Shown: positions 32,211 to 43,253, counted from the first letter of the stretch. The stretch: 60,356 nt of DNA from Spirochaetia bacterium (GCA_963662265.2 CAXXHA010000005.1:1-60356); one strand, 5' to 3'. Notes: generated by a model from the sequence alone, not told the origin. Numbers and translations are program-made.

Positions 32211-33693
32211 AGTACATTATTTTTTCCTGGGAAAAATCCTTCCGTTCAAGTGTTCCGGTAATTCTTCCTTCCGCCATAACCAGTATCCGGTCGGCAACAC
32301 CCATTATTTCCTGAATTTCCGATGATATCATCAGAACTGATTTTCCCGATTTAACAAGATCCCCTATAAGAAGATAGATGTCCCGTTTTGCACCTACATC
32401 TATACCACGGGTAGGTTCATCCATAATGATTATTTCAGGCTCAGTAAGAAGCCATTTTGCAATAACAACTTTCTGCTGATTTCCGCCGCTTAAGGAATTT
32501 ACCCTGTTTTTCTTTGATGCAGCTTTTACACCGAACTTGATTATGCTCTCATCAACAACTGCAGATTCTTTCTGATTGTTGATTATTCCGCGCGGAAAAA
32601 GCTGATCAAGTGAAACAATTGTTATGTTGTCTTCTATCGATGCATTAAGATTAAGACCAGTCTGCTTCCTGTCTTCGGTAATAAGAGCTATTTTGTTTGC
32701 AATTGCATCTTCGGTATGGTTTATCTGCACCTCTTTGCCGTTAATGGATAAACTCCCCTTTGCGCTTTTGTGAACTCCGAAGAGCGTTTCAACAAGTTCG
32801 CTTCTTCCGGCTCCAACAAGCCCGGCAATACCAAGTATTTCACCTTTTCTGAGTTCGAAGCTTACATCCTTTACTTTAGGCTCATAGCTGTAATTTTTAA
32901 CTTTCATTACAACATCGCCAATTGCAGCCTCACTTTTAGGAAAGATCTCAGTTAATTCCCGTCCTACCATGAGTTTGATGAGTTTATCCTTATCAAGACT
33001 GGATGCTTTGTCAGTTGCAATATACTGACCGTCACGGAGGACTGTTATTGAATCTGCAATGCTGAAAATTTCCTCCATTTTATGGGAAATATAAATTACA
33101 GCTACACCGTTTTCTTTCAGTCTTCTGATCTGTTCGAAAAGAATATCAACCTCTTTGTCGGTAATTGCAGATGTCGGTTCATCCATTATTACAATTCTGG
33201 CTGATATGGATATTGCCTTGATTATTTCGACAAGTTGTGACTGGGCAACACTTAAGTTCCGCATTAAGGAAGAAGGGCTGATATCGATTCCGATTGAATC
33301 AAACAGCTCCTGTGTTTCCCTGCGCATCTGCTTTCTGTTTACATGGCTGAAGATTCCGCTTGTGCCCTTTTTGATTTCCCGTCCGAGAAATATGTTTTCC
33401 GAAACATCCATATCACGAACAGGGTTAAGTTCCTGATGTATCATGGAAATGCTGTTTTCCATTGCTTCTTTCGGATTACTGTTGACTATTTTTGTGCCGT
33501 TGAGCAGGATTTCTCCCTTGTCGGCAAAGTGAACTCCCATAAGAATATTCATTAAAGTTGATTTACCGGCTCCGTTTTCACCCATCAGGGCATGTACTTC
33601 GCCTGGATAAACAGTAAGCTGTACATTATTCAGGACTTTAACACCTGAAAAACTTTTATCAATATTCTTCATTTCAAGTATCGGAACTGACAC
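32164..33693 (-). CDS. Sugar ABC ATPase (RbsA/MglA-like)
   Basis: GENGAGKST, MDEPT, ISH, LSGGNQQK and DEPTRG. Confidence 0.95.
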   Translation of the reverse strand: MSVPILEMKNIDKSFSGVKVLNNVQLTVYPGEVHALMGENGAGKSTLMNILMGVHFADKGEILLNGTKIVNSNPKEAMENSISMIHQELNPVRDMDVSENIFLGREIKKGTSGIFSHVNRKQMRRETQELFDSIGIDISPSSLMRNLSVAQSQLVEIIKAISISARIVIMDEPTSAITDKEVDILFEQIRRLKENGVAVIYISHKMEEIFSIADSITVLRDGQYIATDKASSLDKDKLIKLMVGRELTEIFPKSEAAIGDVVMKVKNYSYEPKVKDVSFELRKGEILGIAGLVGAGRSELVETLFGVHKSAKGSLSINGKEVQINHTEDAIANKIALITEDRKQTGLNLNASIEDNITIVSLDQLFPRGIINNQKESAVVDESIIKFGVKAASKKNRVNSLSGGNQQKVVIAKWLLTEPEIIIMDEPTRGIDVGAKRDIYLLIGDLVKSGKSVLMISSEIQEIMGVADRILVMAEGRITGTLERKDFSQEKIMYYASQFNRGNENEETE

Positions 33694-33859
33694 TGTGAAA
33701 CCCCTTTTTAGAATAAGTATATTAATATTTTATCAGCTGTATTTTCTGGGCGCAATGAGGCAGATTATAGAATTATGACGGTAGTTTTTGGATTTGTTAT
33801 GCACAGTTTATCATCTGAGTATTGGAAGGATAATTATAATAGCTTGTGTGCTGATTATT

Positions 33860-34813
33860 TCAAGAGTCTTTGTTCCGCTTCTTTATTACAGCTGCATCCA
33901 TATACAGTGCTGCAAGCAGTACCAGCCCTTTGAAGATACTTCTGTAATATTCGCCTACATTGAATACAATCAAAATATCTCCGAGAATTTCAATAACCAC
34001 TACTCCGATTACAATATTTAGTATATGCCCTCTACCGCCGCGAAAACCTATACCTCCAATAGCTGCGGCAGCAAGCAGGTCAAGCTCTATTGCCATGGTT
34101 GCAGTCGGCTGGGCTGAACCGACCCTTGACAGCAGAAGAATTGCTGCGATGCCGTAAAACATACCGGAAAGGCTGTAGACCAGCATTTTCATCCGTACCG
34201 GATTAATACCGCTGTACCCGGCAGTTTTCTCATCAAGACCGATGGCATATATGTATTTTCCAAGGTAGGTCTTTCTTAGAATATAAGTGCCGGTAAGTAT
34301 ACAGCCGAATAGCACCAGTAAGGGCATAGGGATTCCGATAAATGTCTTTTTATCAAACGAGAGAAGGCTGTCAGAAATCCCGTAAACCGGCATTCCGCTG
34401 TTTAGAATATTGGCAGCACCCCTGTAAATAACAGAAAGTGCAGTAGTAATTATAAAGGGATGGATTTTGATTTTAGAACAGATTGTTCCGTTAACAAGTC
34501 CTATGAGAATGCCGCCGAAAATAATAATCAGCGTCATTACTGCAACCGGTAAATGGAAATCTGTAATAAGTATGGCTGCAGCCATTCCCAGCAAAGCAAC
34601 TATTGCTCCTACAGAAAGGTCAATACCCCCGCTTATCAGAACAAACCCCATTCCGATTGCCAGTATTGCTGTTATTGTTGACTGCCGGCAGAGACTGATT
34701 ATGTTATGAAACGAAACAAAATTCGGTATTACTATTCTTAAAAAAAGGAGTTCCAGGACCAGAATTACTAAAAGCAGAGTGAGATTTTTATTTGGAAACT
34801 TTTTAATCTTCAT
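33860..34813 (-). CDS. Second RbsC-like permease
   Basis: GGIDLSVG, HPFIITT and ELDLLAAAAIGG. Confidence 0.88.
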   Translation of the reverse strand: MKIKKFPNKNLTLLLVILVLELLFLRIVIPNFVSFHNIISLCRQSTITAILAIGMGFVLISGGIDLSVGAIVALLGMAAAILITDFHLPVAVMTLIIIFGGILIGLVNGTICSKIKIHPFIITTALSVIYRGAANILNSGMPVYGISDSLLSFDKKTFIGIPMPLLVLFGCILTGTYILRKTYLGKYIYAIGLDEKTAGYSGINPVRMKMLVYSLSGMFYGIAAILLLSRVGSAQPTATMAIELDLLAAAAIGGIGFRGGRGHILNIVIGVVVIEILGDILIVFNVGEYYRSIFKGLVLLAALYMDAAVIKKRNKDS

Positions 34814-34832
34814 CTTAAATTATTCTCCTGAC

Positions 34833-36257
34833 CTATATGCTGCCGATTCTATCGTACTGTAATATCCTGTCGCAAAAGCCGACCAGTTCAGAGATGTCGG
34901 TTGAAATAAAAATTATACCGGCTCCTTTTTTTCTGACTGATTCAATACTAAGATAGATCAGTTCTCTTGACAGCAGGTCGGCAATTCTTACAGGATTTTC
35001 AAGAATAATTATTTTTGCTCCGCTTAAGATTCGCATATGAAGGGCAAGAATAAACTGATAATCCTTATCCAGGAGTCTTGCTGGAAGCCTTAGAAATTCA
35101 TCAGGAATGCCGATTTCAACAGGATATTTTTTTTCAAGATAGTGTTCTGCCGAGGCGGGAATATACCCGTTTTTGGATGCTGTGCGTTTTGCTGCAGAAA
35201 GAGAGATGTTTTGACCGGCTGTCAGATCCTTAAAAAAAAGCTTATCAAAGATTTTCTCAGAGACTATTCCGATGCCTGATTGAATTACATTGTAGTCTTC
35301 GGATAATTCAACAGGTAATCCGTTTACCATTATCCGGCTGACTTCATCCAGGCTGTCACCGCTTAAAAGATCAATCAGTTCGGAAGATCTTTCCTGAAAA
35401 GGATCATATAATCCCAGAATTTCTGCACTCTGAAGCTTTAAATCCAAAAGACCTGAAACTTGAAGCAGACTGCTGCCGGAGGCTGCTTCGCCTTCCTTTT
35501 TAAAACTGAACTTGTCTGCAAACTTTTTTCCGACAACAAGGGCAGCCAGCCGTACGGGATCATAATCAGATTTATGGACAATCCCTGCAAGTTCTCCGTT
35601 TCGGACAACTCCCAACCTGTCAAAAAAAGATAAAAACGGGGCAATTTTATTATAAGTTATAACAAAACTGCATCCTTTTTCCCGGAGAATCCTGATAAAA
35701 CTTAAAATTTCATTGCGTTCTTTTTCACTGCATTGCTCAAGAATCCTGTCAAGAAAAACCAGCCTTGCTCCTTCGATGTAGGCTTTTAAAATACCTATCA
35801 TCCAGTGTACTGAAACAGGTAGGCTGGAAGCCATTGTATCGGGATTTAAACCGGGAAAAAACTCTTTTAAAGTTATTTCAACAAGTTTCTCCCTGTGCCC
35901 GGGATTCCTGAATAAATCAAGGATTCTGCGCTTAAGTGAAATTGACATGTTCTCTGAAATATTAAGGTTTCTGATAAGCCTGTTCCCGGGACGGATAAGA
36001 AAAATTCCCTGCTTTTCCAGCTTAAGCCTTGATAATCTCCGGCCTTCTGTTTCTATAATTCTGCCAGTATAAAATATCTGTCCGCTTTCTATAAGTTCTT
36101 CTCCTGAGAGAACAGGTGCAAGTGTATTTTTACCGGAACCGTTAAGCCCGATTATACCAACAATTTCACTGCTGAAAACCTGCAGCCTGAACCGGTTTAA
36201 TGGAGCCATATTTTTTCTATCAGTGGAAAGGTCCCGGATTCTAAGCAGTTCCTTCAT
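34833..36257 (-). CDS. Degenerate RbsA-like ABC ATPase
   Basis: Two-domain layout and GLNGSGKNT, but Walker B reads FLDR and ILENP and there is no LSGG signature. Confidence 0.75.
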   Translation of the reverse strand: MKELLRIRDLSTDRKNMAPLNRFRLQVFSSEIVGIIGLNGSGKNTLAPVLSGEELIESGQIFYTGRIIETEGRRLSRLKLEKQGIFLIRPGNRLIRNLNISENMSISLKRRILDLFRNPGHREKLVEITLKEFFPGLNPDTMASSLPVSVHWMIGILKAYIEGARLVFLDRILEQCSEKERNEILSFIRILREKGCSFVITYNKIAPFLSFFDRLGVVRNGELAGIVHKSDYDPVRLAALVVGKKFADKFSFKKEGEAASGSSLLQVSGLLDLKLQSAEILGLYDPFQERSSELIDLLSGDSLDEVSRIMVNGLPVELSEDYNVIQSGIGIVSEKIFDKLFFKDLTAGQNISLSAAKRTASKNGYIPASAEHYLEKKYPVEIGIPDEFLRLPARLLDKDYQFILALHMRILSGAKIIILENPVRIADLLSRELIYLSIESVRKKGAGIIFISTDISELVGFCDRILQYDRIGSI

Positions 36258-37261
36258 TGGGATTTACCCTGCCGGGGCAGAAGTATTTCAATCATTGAAC
36301 CAATACCCTCGGTGCTGTACATATGCAGCCCGTAGTCTTCACCGTACATCATTTTTATCCGGCTGTTTACATTTGTCAGTGCTATTCCTATTCCTGCAGA
36401 TTTGTTTTTTTCTGCTTTTATAGTTTTCCAGTCTCTGAATGAGTTGTTTATCTTTTCAATAATATCCGGACCTGCCCCCGCCCCGTCATCACGGATTTCA
36501 ATCAGCATCAGTTTTTCTGTCAGCTGTGTTTTTATGCTTACAAGCCCGCTGTCGAGCTTTGTTTCAAGACCATGATATATAGCATTTTCAACAATCGGCT
36601 GCAGTGTCAGCCTGGGAAGCCTGACTGCAAGTGCATTCTCTTCATCGTCCAAGTCAATTTGAAGTTTAAACCTGTTGTTAAACCTGTACTGCTGAATTTT
36701 AAAATAACTTTTCACATTTATAATTTCACTTTCAAGACTTACTTCATTTTCCCAGTGACTTACACTGTACCTGAATATCTGCGACAATGCCTCTGCCATT
36801 TCTGCAAGTTCCTCAACCCCTTCTGCAAGAGCATGCCCCCTTATACCGTCCAGAACATTATACAGAAAGTGAGGATTTATCTGGCTCTGCAGTGCTTTCA
36901 GCTCAGCCTCATTTTTCAACATATCAGCTGTATATTCCCTGTCAACAGATTCTTTAAGAAGCTCAACCAGCTGTTGAAAATTCATGGCCCCGCTATCCTG
37001 AAGATTGTCATCACCCTTTATAAAAATATCAGCTGCAGTTTCAACAGATTTAAGAGGCTTATAGATATTAAAAAATATCGAGATCAGGCATATAATAAAA
37101 GCTGTGAAAAAAAAGATAAGCAGAATAAAAAACCAAAGCTGATTCATCCCGCTGTAATAAGAAACAAAAAGAAGAGAAATTAAAGCAAATAAAAGTATAA
37201 CTGCTGCAAGGTGATTTTTTAACTGATTTGAAAGAGATTTCTTTCTGCTTTTATCATCCAT
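36254..37261 (-). CDS. LytS/YesM-type histidine kinase without extracellular domain
   Basis: LQSQINPHFLYN, LQPIVENAIYHG and DDGAG; two adjacent TM helices. Confidence 0.92.
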   Translation of the reverse strand: MDDKSRKKSLSNQLKNHLAAVILLFALISLLFVSYYSGMNQLWFFILLIFFFTAFIICLISIFFNIYKPLKSVETAADIFIKGDDNLQDSGAMNFQQLVELLKESVDREYTADMLKNEAELKALQSQINPHFLYNVLDGIRGHALAEGVEELAEMAEALSQIFRYSVSHWENEVSLESEIINVKSYFKIQQYRFNNRFKLQIDLDDEENALAVRLPRLTLQPIVENAIYHGLETKLDSGLVSIKTQLTEKLMLIEIRDDGAGAGPDIIEKINNSFRDWKTIKAEKNKSAGIGIALTNVNSRIKMMYGEDYGLHMYSTEGIGSMIEILLPRQGKSQ

Positions 37262-38882
37262 ATATTTTTCTATACATATTTGGTGTTATTCCAACTGCTT
37301 TAGAAAAGACTTTACTGAAATGACGGACATCTTTATACCCGACTTTATCACTTACTGCATGAATAGTGTCATTGCCTGAGACCAGCAGTTCTTTTGCAGT
37401 ATCCACTCTTTTCTTAAGCAGGTACTCTTTAAAATTTATCCCGGTTTCTTTTTTGAACAGGGTGCTGAAGTATGCCGGGTTTAATCCTGCCTCTTTCGCC
37501 ACAATATTAAGATCAATGTTTTCTGCATAATGAATATCTATATATTCCTTGGCAATTCTTATCGGTCTGTAATCTTTAATACGTTTTGATGAAAATACAG
37601 TATTCAGGACTTTGCTGTGAAGTACTGCAAGGCGGTTAATGAGCTGCTCTGTACTGCCTGCACTGTTCAGGATTATTCTGCTTTCATCATTCAGATAATC
37701 AATTACTTCATCATCAGCCGATATTTGACTAAGATGTCCGCAGGTGATTTCAACAGCTGTATTGAATAATTTAAGGATTGTGTCAGGATTTTTAATACGT
37801 TTTTTCAGTTCTGCCGGTAAAACTGAAGTCAGAAACAATTCCTCCAGACCAGAACAATCTCCTGTATCAACAGTGCTCCTGATCCTCACTTTAAGCTCAT
37901 CAATATTAAAATGCTGCATTTCTTCATCAAGTTCCGGTACAGGATTCTTTTCAATAATCCTGCCGCAGCCCTGTATAATTCTCTCCCGTCTGGCAAATTC
38001 AGCATCTTCATAGCTTATATTAAGTTTTTCTATATCTGAAACCACAGTTCCCGGACAGACTGTAATTCTCCAATTCCCGTATTCGGATGCTTTTTGTGAT
38101 GAAAATTCATACAGATGCTCCAGCTCCTGGAATGAAAGACCTGCAGAATTATTCATATTCAGAATATAAGTCAGTTTAAAATTACCTACTGAGCATAAGA
38201 ATTCATGGCTATGTTTACTTATAAAAGGGGAAAGTGATGTTTCTGTCTTGTGAAGAATTGTATTTACAGCAGATGTGTTTTCAATGACCCAGTCAGTTTC
38301 GCTGTGGTCCAGCTGTAAAATAATAACCTGGTAATAGGATACGGAGAAATCAACAGAGTAGTTATCTTTGAAAAATGAAAGCTCTTTATTTTTAACTCGG
38401 CAGCCCCTGTCAACAATCTCCTTAGCAAGCCTTGATTTGAGGAGCTCCCTGTTCTGTGACAGCTCTCTCTGAATATCATCATCTTTTCTGTTTTTCTGAT
38501 TTATCTTTTTCTTCTTTTCTATTATTTTGACTATGATTTGCTCAAGTTCTTCTTTAGAAACAGGTTTAAGAAGATAATCTTCCGCACCAAACTTGATAGC
38601 GCTTTGAGCATACTCGAAATCACGGTACCCGCTGATAATTATGAAACTTGTATCAGGATAATTTTCTTTGGATTTTTCAATAAGAGTAATGCCGTTATAA
38701 CCGGGCATACGGATATCTGTAATTACAATATCAGGCTGTTCATTCTGAATAAGCTGAAATGCATCAATTCCATTGTAGGCCTTACCAGTTATTTCTATGC
38801 CGTATTCTTCCCACGGGAGGATGTTTTCTATCAACTGGCAAACCCTGTGTTCATCATCTGCAATTATCAGTTTTAGCTTCAT
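37254..38882 (-). CDS. YesN-type response regulator with AraC HTH
   Basis: IADDE, TDIRMP, YLLKP and a C-terminal AraC domain. Confidence 0.93.
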   Translation of the reverse strand: MKLKLIIADDEHRVCQLIENILPWEEYGIEITGKAYNGIDAFQLIQNEQPDIVITDIRMPGYNGITLIEKSKENYPDTSFIIISGYRDFEYAQSAIKFGAEDYLLKPVSKEELEQIIVKIIEKKKKINQKNRKDDDIQRELSQNRELLKSRLAKEIVDRGCRVKNKELSFFKDNYSVDFSVSYYQVIILQLDHSETDWVIENTSAVNTILHKTETSLSPFISKHSHEFLCSVGNFKLTYILNMNNSAGLSFQELEHLYEFSSQKASEYGNWRITVCPGTVVSDIEKLNISYEDAEFARRERIIQGCGRIIEKNPVPELDEEMQHFNIDELKVRIRSTVDTGDCSGLEELFLTSVLPAELKKRIKNPDTILKLFNTAVEITCGHLSQISADDEVIDYLNDESRIILNSAGSTEQLINRLAVLHSKVLNTVFSSKRIKDYRPIRIAKEYIDIHYAENIDLNIVAKEAGLNPAYFSTLFKKETGINFKEYLLKKRVDTAKELLVSGNDTIHAVSDKVGYKDVRHFSKVFSKAVGITPNMYRKIYG

Positions 38883-38942
38883 ATATGTAGATAATTATAC
38901 ACAAAAATTATTTTTTAGAAAGAAAATTTATCAAGATTTAAA

Positions 38943-39090
38943 ATGAAGCAGGAGTTAGTCCATAAAAAAACCTTTGTTGAAATTCCCGCTATATGTCATC
39001 AACTTGATTTAATCGGCCAAGACTATCTCGCTGTTGATGGATGCAAAATACCTTCTAATGCTTCTAAAGAACATTCCGGTAATTTTTCAA
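38943..39090 (+). mobile_element. Short transposase fragment, probably IS1182 family
   Basis: AVDGCKIPSNASKEHSG resembles the first catalytic-Asp region; no ends recognised. Confidence 0.5.
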
Positions 39091-39222
39091 AGTACAAATA
39101 TTTTAGAGAAATCAACAATTTTTTGAGAATCAATATTTTTAAACAGCAGCAAACTCTATACGTGGTAATTTCACTGAAAACTATATTGACACAGAAAATA
39201 ACTTTACCTATCATTTATAATC

Positions 39223-40181
39223 ATGAAAAAAATTATGCTTGGAAAAAGCGGAATTGAGGTAACAGAACTATGTTTCGGGGCCCTCCCAATGGGGCCGCTT
39301 CAGAAAAATATGGAAGATGAAGATGCCGCTTCAGTTCTGGAAAGGTCTCTCAGGGGAGGCGTTAATTTTATCGATACGGCACAGGTTTACTCTACATACA
39401 GGCCGATAAAGATCGCGCTCGACAGGATCGGGAGTGATCTGCCTGCCCCTGTTATTGCCTCCAAGAGCAACGCACAAGAATACAGCAGTATGGAGGATGC
39501 GGTATATGAGGCACTTGAGGCGCTTGGAAGGGATTATATCGATATATTTCATCTTCACGCAGCCCGCGGTGACAGGACTTTATATCAGAAACGCTCCGGA
39601 GCCCTGAAAGCGCTCTGCGACCTGCAGGAAAAGGGAAAAATCCGGGCTAAAGGGGTAAGCGGCCATTCACCTGAGCTTATTTCTTTATCTGCTGATGTAA
39701 ATGAAATTGATATAGTGTTTCCTCTTATTAATTATACTGGTAAGGGAATAATCGGAACACTTGATGAAATGACTCAAGCTATTGCGAAATGCAGCTCTGC
39801 AGGTAAGGGTTTATATCTCATGAAAGTGCTTGCTGGCGGCAATCATGCGGAAAATTACGGGACAGCTATGCAGTATGCCCGCTCTCTCGGCAATTACCCC
39901 ATAGCGCTTGGAATGATAAGTGAAAAAGAGGTTGATTATAACCTGGCCTACTTTAATTCGGAAAAGCCGGAAGAAATTCCTGATCCGGCATTTAAGGACT
40001 TTGATAAAAGATTTCATGTTGTAAAACTGGTGTGCATCGGGTGCGGAAAGTGCATTGAAACCTGCGCTTCGGATGCGGTTGAATTCAGGGAGGGAAAAGC
40101 ATTTATCATGGAGGAAAAGTGTGTGTGATGTGCGGCTACTGCGTTGAAAGCTGCCCTGTTATGGCAATAAGGGCTTTATGA
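39223..40181 (+). CDS. Aldo/keto reductase with C-terminal 2x[4Fe-4S] domain; frameshift in the gtgtgtg run near 40120
   Basis: FIDTAQVY, DIFHLH and CIGCGKCIETC; second cluster motif CGYCVESCP is in another frame ending TGA 40179-40181. Confidence 0.85.
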
Positions 40182-40231
40182 TGAGGTTTTGTATGTATCA
40201 TATTGGCTATTCCCCTGATTTTGTAGACACT

Positions 40232-41041
40232 TTAATCTGATAAAAACTTATCTTCAAAATCAGCAGGGCTTCGCTCTCCTATTTGTCCATCCCGTCTTTT
40301 TGTATTGTAAAACATTTTAATATAATTAAAAATATCTTTTCTTGCCTCCTCTCTGGTTTTATAAATTTTATTCCTGATTCTTTCTCTTTTAAGATTTGAA
40401 AAGAATGATTCAACTACAGAATTATCCCAACAATTACCTCTTCTACTCATGCTAATTTCCAAAGAGTGGGCCTCACAAAAATCCTCCCAATCCTTACTTG
40501 TAAACTGACACCCTTGATCAGAATGGATAAGAACAGACTTTGTAGGTCTTCTTCTTTTTACTGCCATAAACAAAGCATCCATAACAATAATTGCTTTCTG
40601 ATGATTCTTCATCGACCAGCCAACAACTCCTCTGTTAAATAGATCAATTACTACTGCCAGATATAACCAGCCTTCATAAGTTCGGATATATGTTATATCA
40701 GTACACCAAGCTTGATTTGGCTCAGCAACAGAAAATTCTCTATTCAAAGTATTCTTCTGGTAAATTTCTCCAGGAACCCAAGGTACATGATGCCGTTTCC
40801 GTCTGTAAGCACCTTTTATTCCAGCTACTCTCATCAAACGAGCAACCCGATTAACACCGTAGCTATAACCTGCTTCTTTTAGATCCTCATGTATATTTGG
40901 ACTTCCATATACTTGACCGCTTTCTTCCCAGTAAAAACGGATTAGTTCTGTCACTTTTTTATTTTCTATTGTTCTAGGAGATTCTGGTGTTTTTAACCAC
41001 CGATAAAATCCTGATGGATTAACTTTTAATATCCTGCACAT
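40232..41041 (-). CDS. IS3 OrfB DDE transposase
   Basis: WCTDITYI, HSDQG.QF and GNCWDNSVVESFF. Confidence 0.95.
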   Translation of the reverse strand: MCRILKVNPSGFYRWLKTPESPRTIENKKVTELIRFYWEESGQVYGSPNIHEDLKEAGYSYGVNRVARLMRVAGIKGAYRRKRHHVPWVPGEIYQKNTLNREFSVAEPNQAWCTDITYIRTYEGWLYLAVVIDLFNRGVVGWSMKNHQKAIIVMDALFMAVKRRRPTKSVLIHSDQGCQFTSKDWEDFCEAHSLEISMSRRGNCWDNSVVESFFSNLKRERIRNKIYKTREEARKDIFNYIKMFYNTKRRDGQIGERSPADFEDKFLSD

Positions 41042-41088
41042 AGGGCGAATTGGAAACGCTTTTCTGTTGTCCCGAATAAAAGCGTACT

Positions 41089-41376
41089 TTACTGGGACTC
41101 CTTCGCAAAGTACGCTGCGGCCTTTTTTAAGATATCACGCTCCATCTTAAGCTTTCTGATCTCTGCTTTTAATTCTCTGTTTTCCTTTTCTGCTTCTGTT
41201 AATTTTTTCTTTTCTCGAGACTCCCCGGATTTCCACCCGGCCTTTCTAAGCCAGTTATAAAGAGTAACGTCACTTATTCCTGTTGCTTTTGATACTTCAA
41301 GAACACTGTGTTCTTCTTCCATTATTTGCTTTAATATTTCGTCTTTAAATTCTTCTGTGTAGGGACTCTTTGGCAC
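41089..41376 (-). CDS. IS3 OrfA
   Basis: YTEEFK, HTH and ERDILKKAAAYF; A6G -1 frameshift motif at 41122-41128 (minus). Confidence 0.93.
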   Translation of the reverse strand: MPKSPYTEEFKDEILKQIMEEEHSVLEVSKATGISDVTLYNWLRKAGWKSGESREKKKLTEAEKENRELKAEIRKLKMERDILKKAAAYFAKESQ

Positions 41377-41433
41377 TTTAATACTCCTTAGTTTCTAAGT
41401 ATATCAAGTGTCTACAGTTTTGGGGGAATGCCA

Positions 41434-41589
41434 CATTGCGTTTGGATCGAAAATGATTGAACCTTTTGCTGTTTCTGATAGATGAACAAGACCGCTTAAA
41501 TGTAAATGAGTGCTGTTATCTATATTTTGATCGCCAGAACCTGAATTTATAGCTGCTAATGAATTTTCACTAGATTTTGCATAATTCAT
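41434..41589 (-). pseudogene. Cassette ORF truncated by IS3
   Basis: ATG 41589 directly follows the previous stop; the frame runs into the IS3 end. Confidence 0.55.
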
Positions 41590-41591
41590 AA

Positions 41592-41870
41592 TTATTTTTT
41601 ATCACCAGATGTATTTATAACTGATATGGAACCATTTGATGCTGTTGCCTTATTAATTACTACGTTTTTGAAAATATGCGCAATTACGAGAGCTATTAAA
41701 GCCATAAAAATTAATATAAGAAAGAGAATCATTATTACAAATGTTTGATCTGCAGATAGTTGGGAGAAAATATCTAATGTTATCCATTCTTTGTATAGTG
41801 ACCAAAAAACAGCAGCTCCAACAGTCCCTAACCCTCCAATACCAAGTGCCGCTTTAAAGAATTTTTCCAT
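41592..41870 (-). CDS. Small 2-TM hypothetical cassette protein
   Basis: AGGAGG RBS and two hydrophobic segments. Confidence 0.7.
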   Translation of the reverse strand: MEKFFKAALGIGGLGTVGAAVFWSLYKEWITLDIFSQLSADQTFVIMILFLILIFMALIALVIAHIFKNVVINKATASNGSISVINTSGDKK

Positions 41871-41931
41871 AAGTCCTCCTTATATTATTCTATCACCAAT
41901 TGTATATTACTGTATTACTTATTCTTTTTCC

Positions 41932-42030
41932 GTATAACGCCATCTTCAGCTGAATCCGCCAGCAGGCGCGATTGTTGCAAATGCAAGAATCGTGATCTGC
42001 AAGGATGACTGCTGCAAGACTTTGTTCTAA
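41932..42030 (-). repeat. Canonical-geometry attC site (99 bp)
   Basis: Minus: TTAGAAC-5nt-CTTGCAGC...GCTGAAG-5nt-GTTATAC with one extra base in L''; long internal palindrome. Confidence 0.85.
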
Positions 42031-42039
42031 AGATTTCAT

Positions 42040-42919
42040 CTAAGTATATTCTAATTTAAATTTTTCAATAATTTTTTCTTTATTATATCCTTTTGTAACA
42101 TACAAATTTAATTCATCAAAATAATCTGCTAAAGTTTTTTCCTTATGAATTATAATACCACTAGTTGAGATAAATATTTTGATAACATCAGTGGGAATCA
42201 TTGGTGTTTTCTTTAGATGAATAACGAGATTATCTAAATCACTTTCTTTCAAGTTTCTTCTTTCAGAATTTAATATGATAAAATAGAATGATGCAAAAAA
42301 TTCAAGAGCATCTTCTAACTTTAAAATATAAATCACTTTAATGACTTCTAAAAAAGGTAGTATCTTTTCAATATCATCTAGTCCAATATTTAAAAAAACA
42401 AAATATCTTAGGGCAAAAACCCTATCCTTTATACTGAGCTGTTCATATTTTGTAGACATTTTGATTATTTTGTCGATTCTAGCTAATTTTTGCTTTTGAC
42501 TGAGATTATCAATAATAAAATTACTTGCTTGTATCTTTATTGTTTCAACTTCAGATGCAATCTTTATTGAACTTATTATAGATATAATGATTATTGTTGA
42601 AAATAAGAGCAAGAAACTTAAACTCGCAGTTTTAATATCCCAGGATATTGAATATATAGTCAACATTCCAAGTAGCAAAGTTAAAACGGCTTCAGTCACA
42701 CTATCTTTGCTAATATAGATAGAAATAGAGATAATACTCAAAAATATTGATAGAATAAACTGAGCAGAAAAAACCAGATATTCCTATACTTACAAAAATT
42801 ATAAAGGCTAAAAAAAGAATTATAAAAACAAAATTAGGAAAATCCTTATAGAGTTTTGAAAATACTCCTTTGAGGGATTGCCACGATTTACTTAAAGAGC
42901 TATTTATATCATCATTCAT
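42040..42919 (-). pseudogene. Multi-TM hypothetical cassette protein, frameshift near 42740-42770
   Basis: ORFs 42710-42919 and 42040-42741 join into one hydrophobic N-terminus plus helical C-terminus; ATGAATGA coupling to the upstream gene. Confidence 0.6.
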
Positions 42920-43253
42920 ATCTATTCTTCTTTGATTTGATTATTTTAATAACATCATCATGTCTGTTACCTGCAATAATATCTTTTAGTTTTAAATAAT
43001 TAGCTTCTTTATCGTATTGTAGATGAATTCGCCAGCCAGATATTTTATCAATATCAGCTCTATAGATATTTTGTTTAACTCCTTTGACTCTATGTAATCT
43101 AGATACTGGAAATTCTCTGTTTTTATGACATTCATTATCCTCAAGTTCAGCCAGTGTTTCGAATAATCCTAATCTAAAATTATCTTCTTTAAGTACCTTA
43201 TTTGCTTCATGTATAATTCCATATTCATCTAATATTTTTTTAATTTCAGCCAT
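42912..43253 (-). CDS. Hypothetical protein, possibly RelE/ParE fold
   Basis: LHRVKG..IYRADI...WRIHLQY...C-terminal RHD pattern. Confidence 0.5.
   Translation of the reverse strand: MAEIKKILDEYGIIHEANKVLKEDNFRLGLFETLAELEDNECHKNREFPVSRLHRVKGVKQNIYRADIDKISGWRIHLQYDKEANYLKLKDIIAGNRHDDVIKIIKSKKNRYE

Larger units (their letters stand above)
40204..41433 (-). mobile_element. IS3-family insertion sequence (1230 bp)
   Basis: TG...CA ends; imperfect IRs tggctattcccctgattttgtagacactt / aagtgtctacagttttgggggaatgcca; orfA and orfB; no target duplication seen. Confidence 0.93.
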
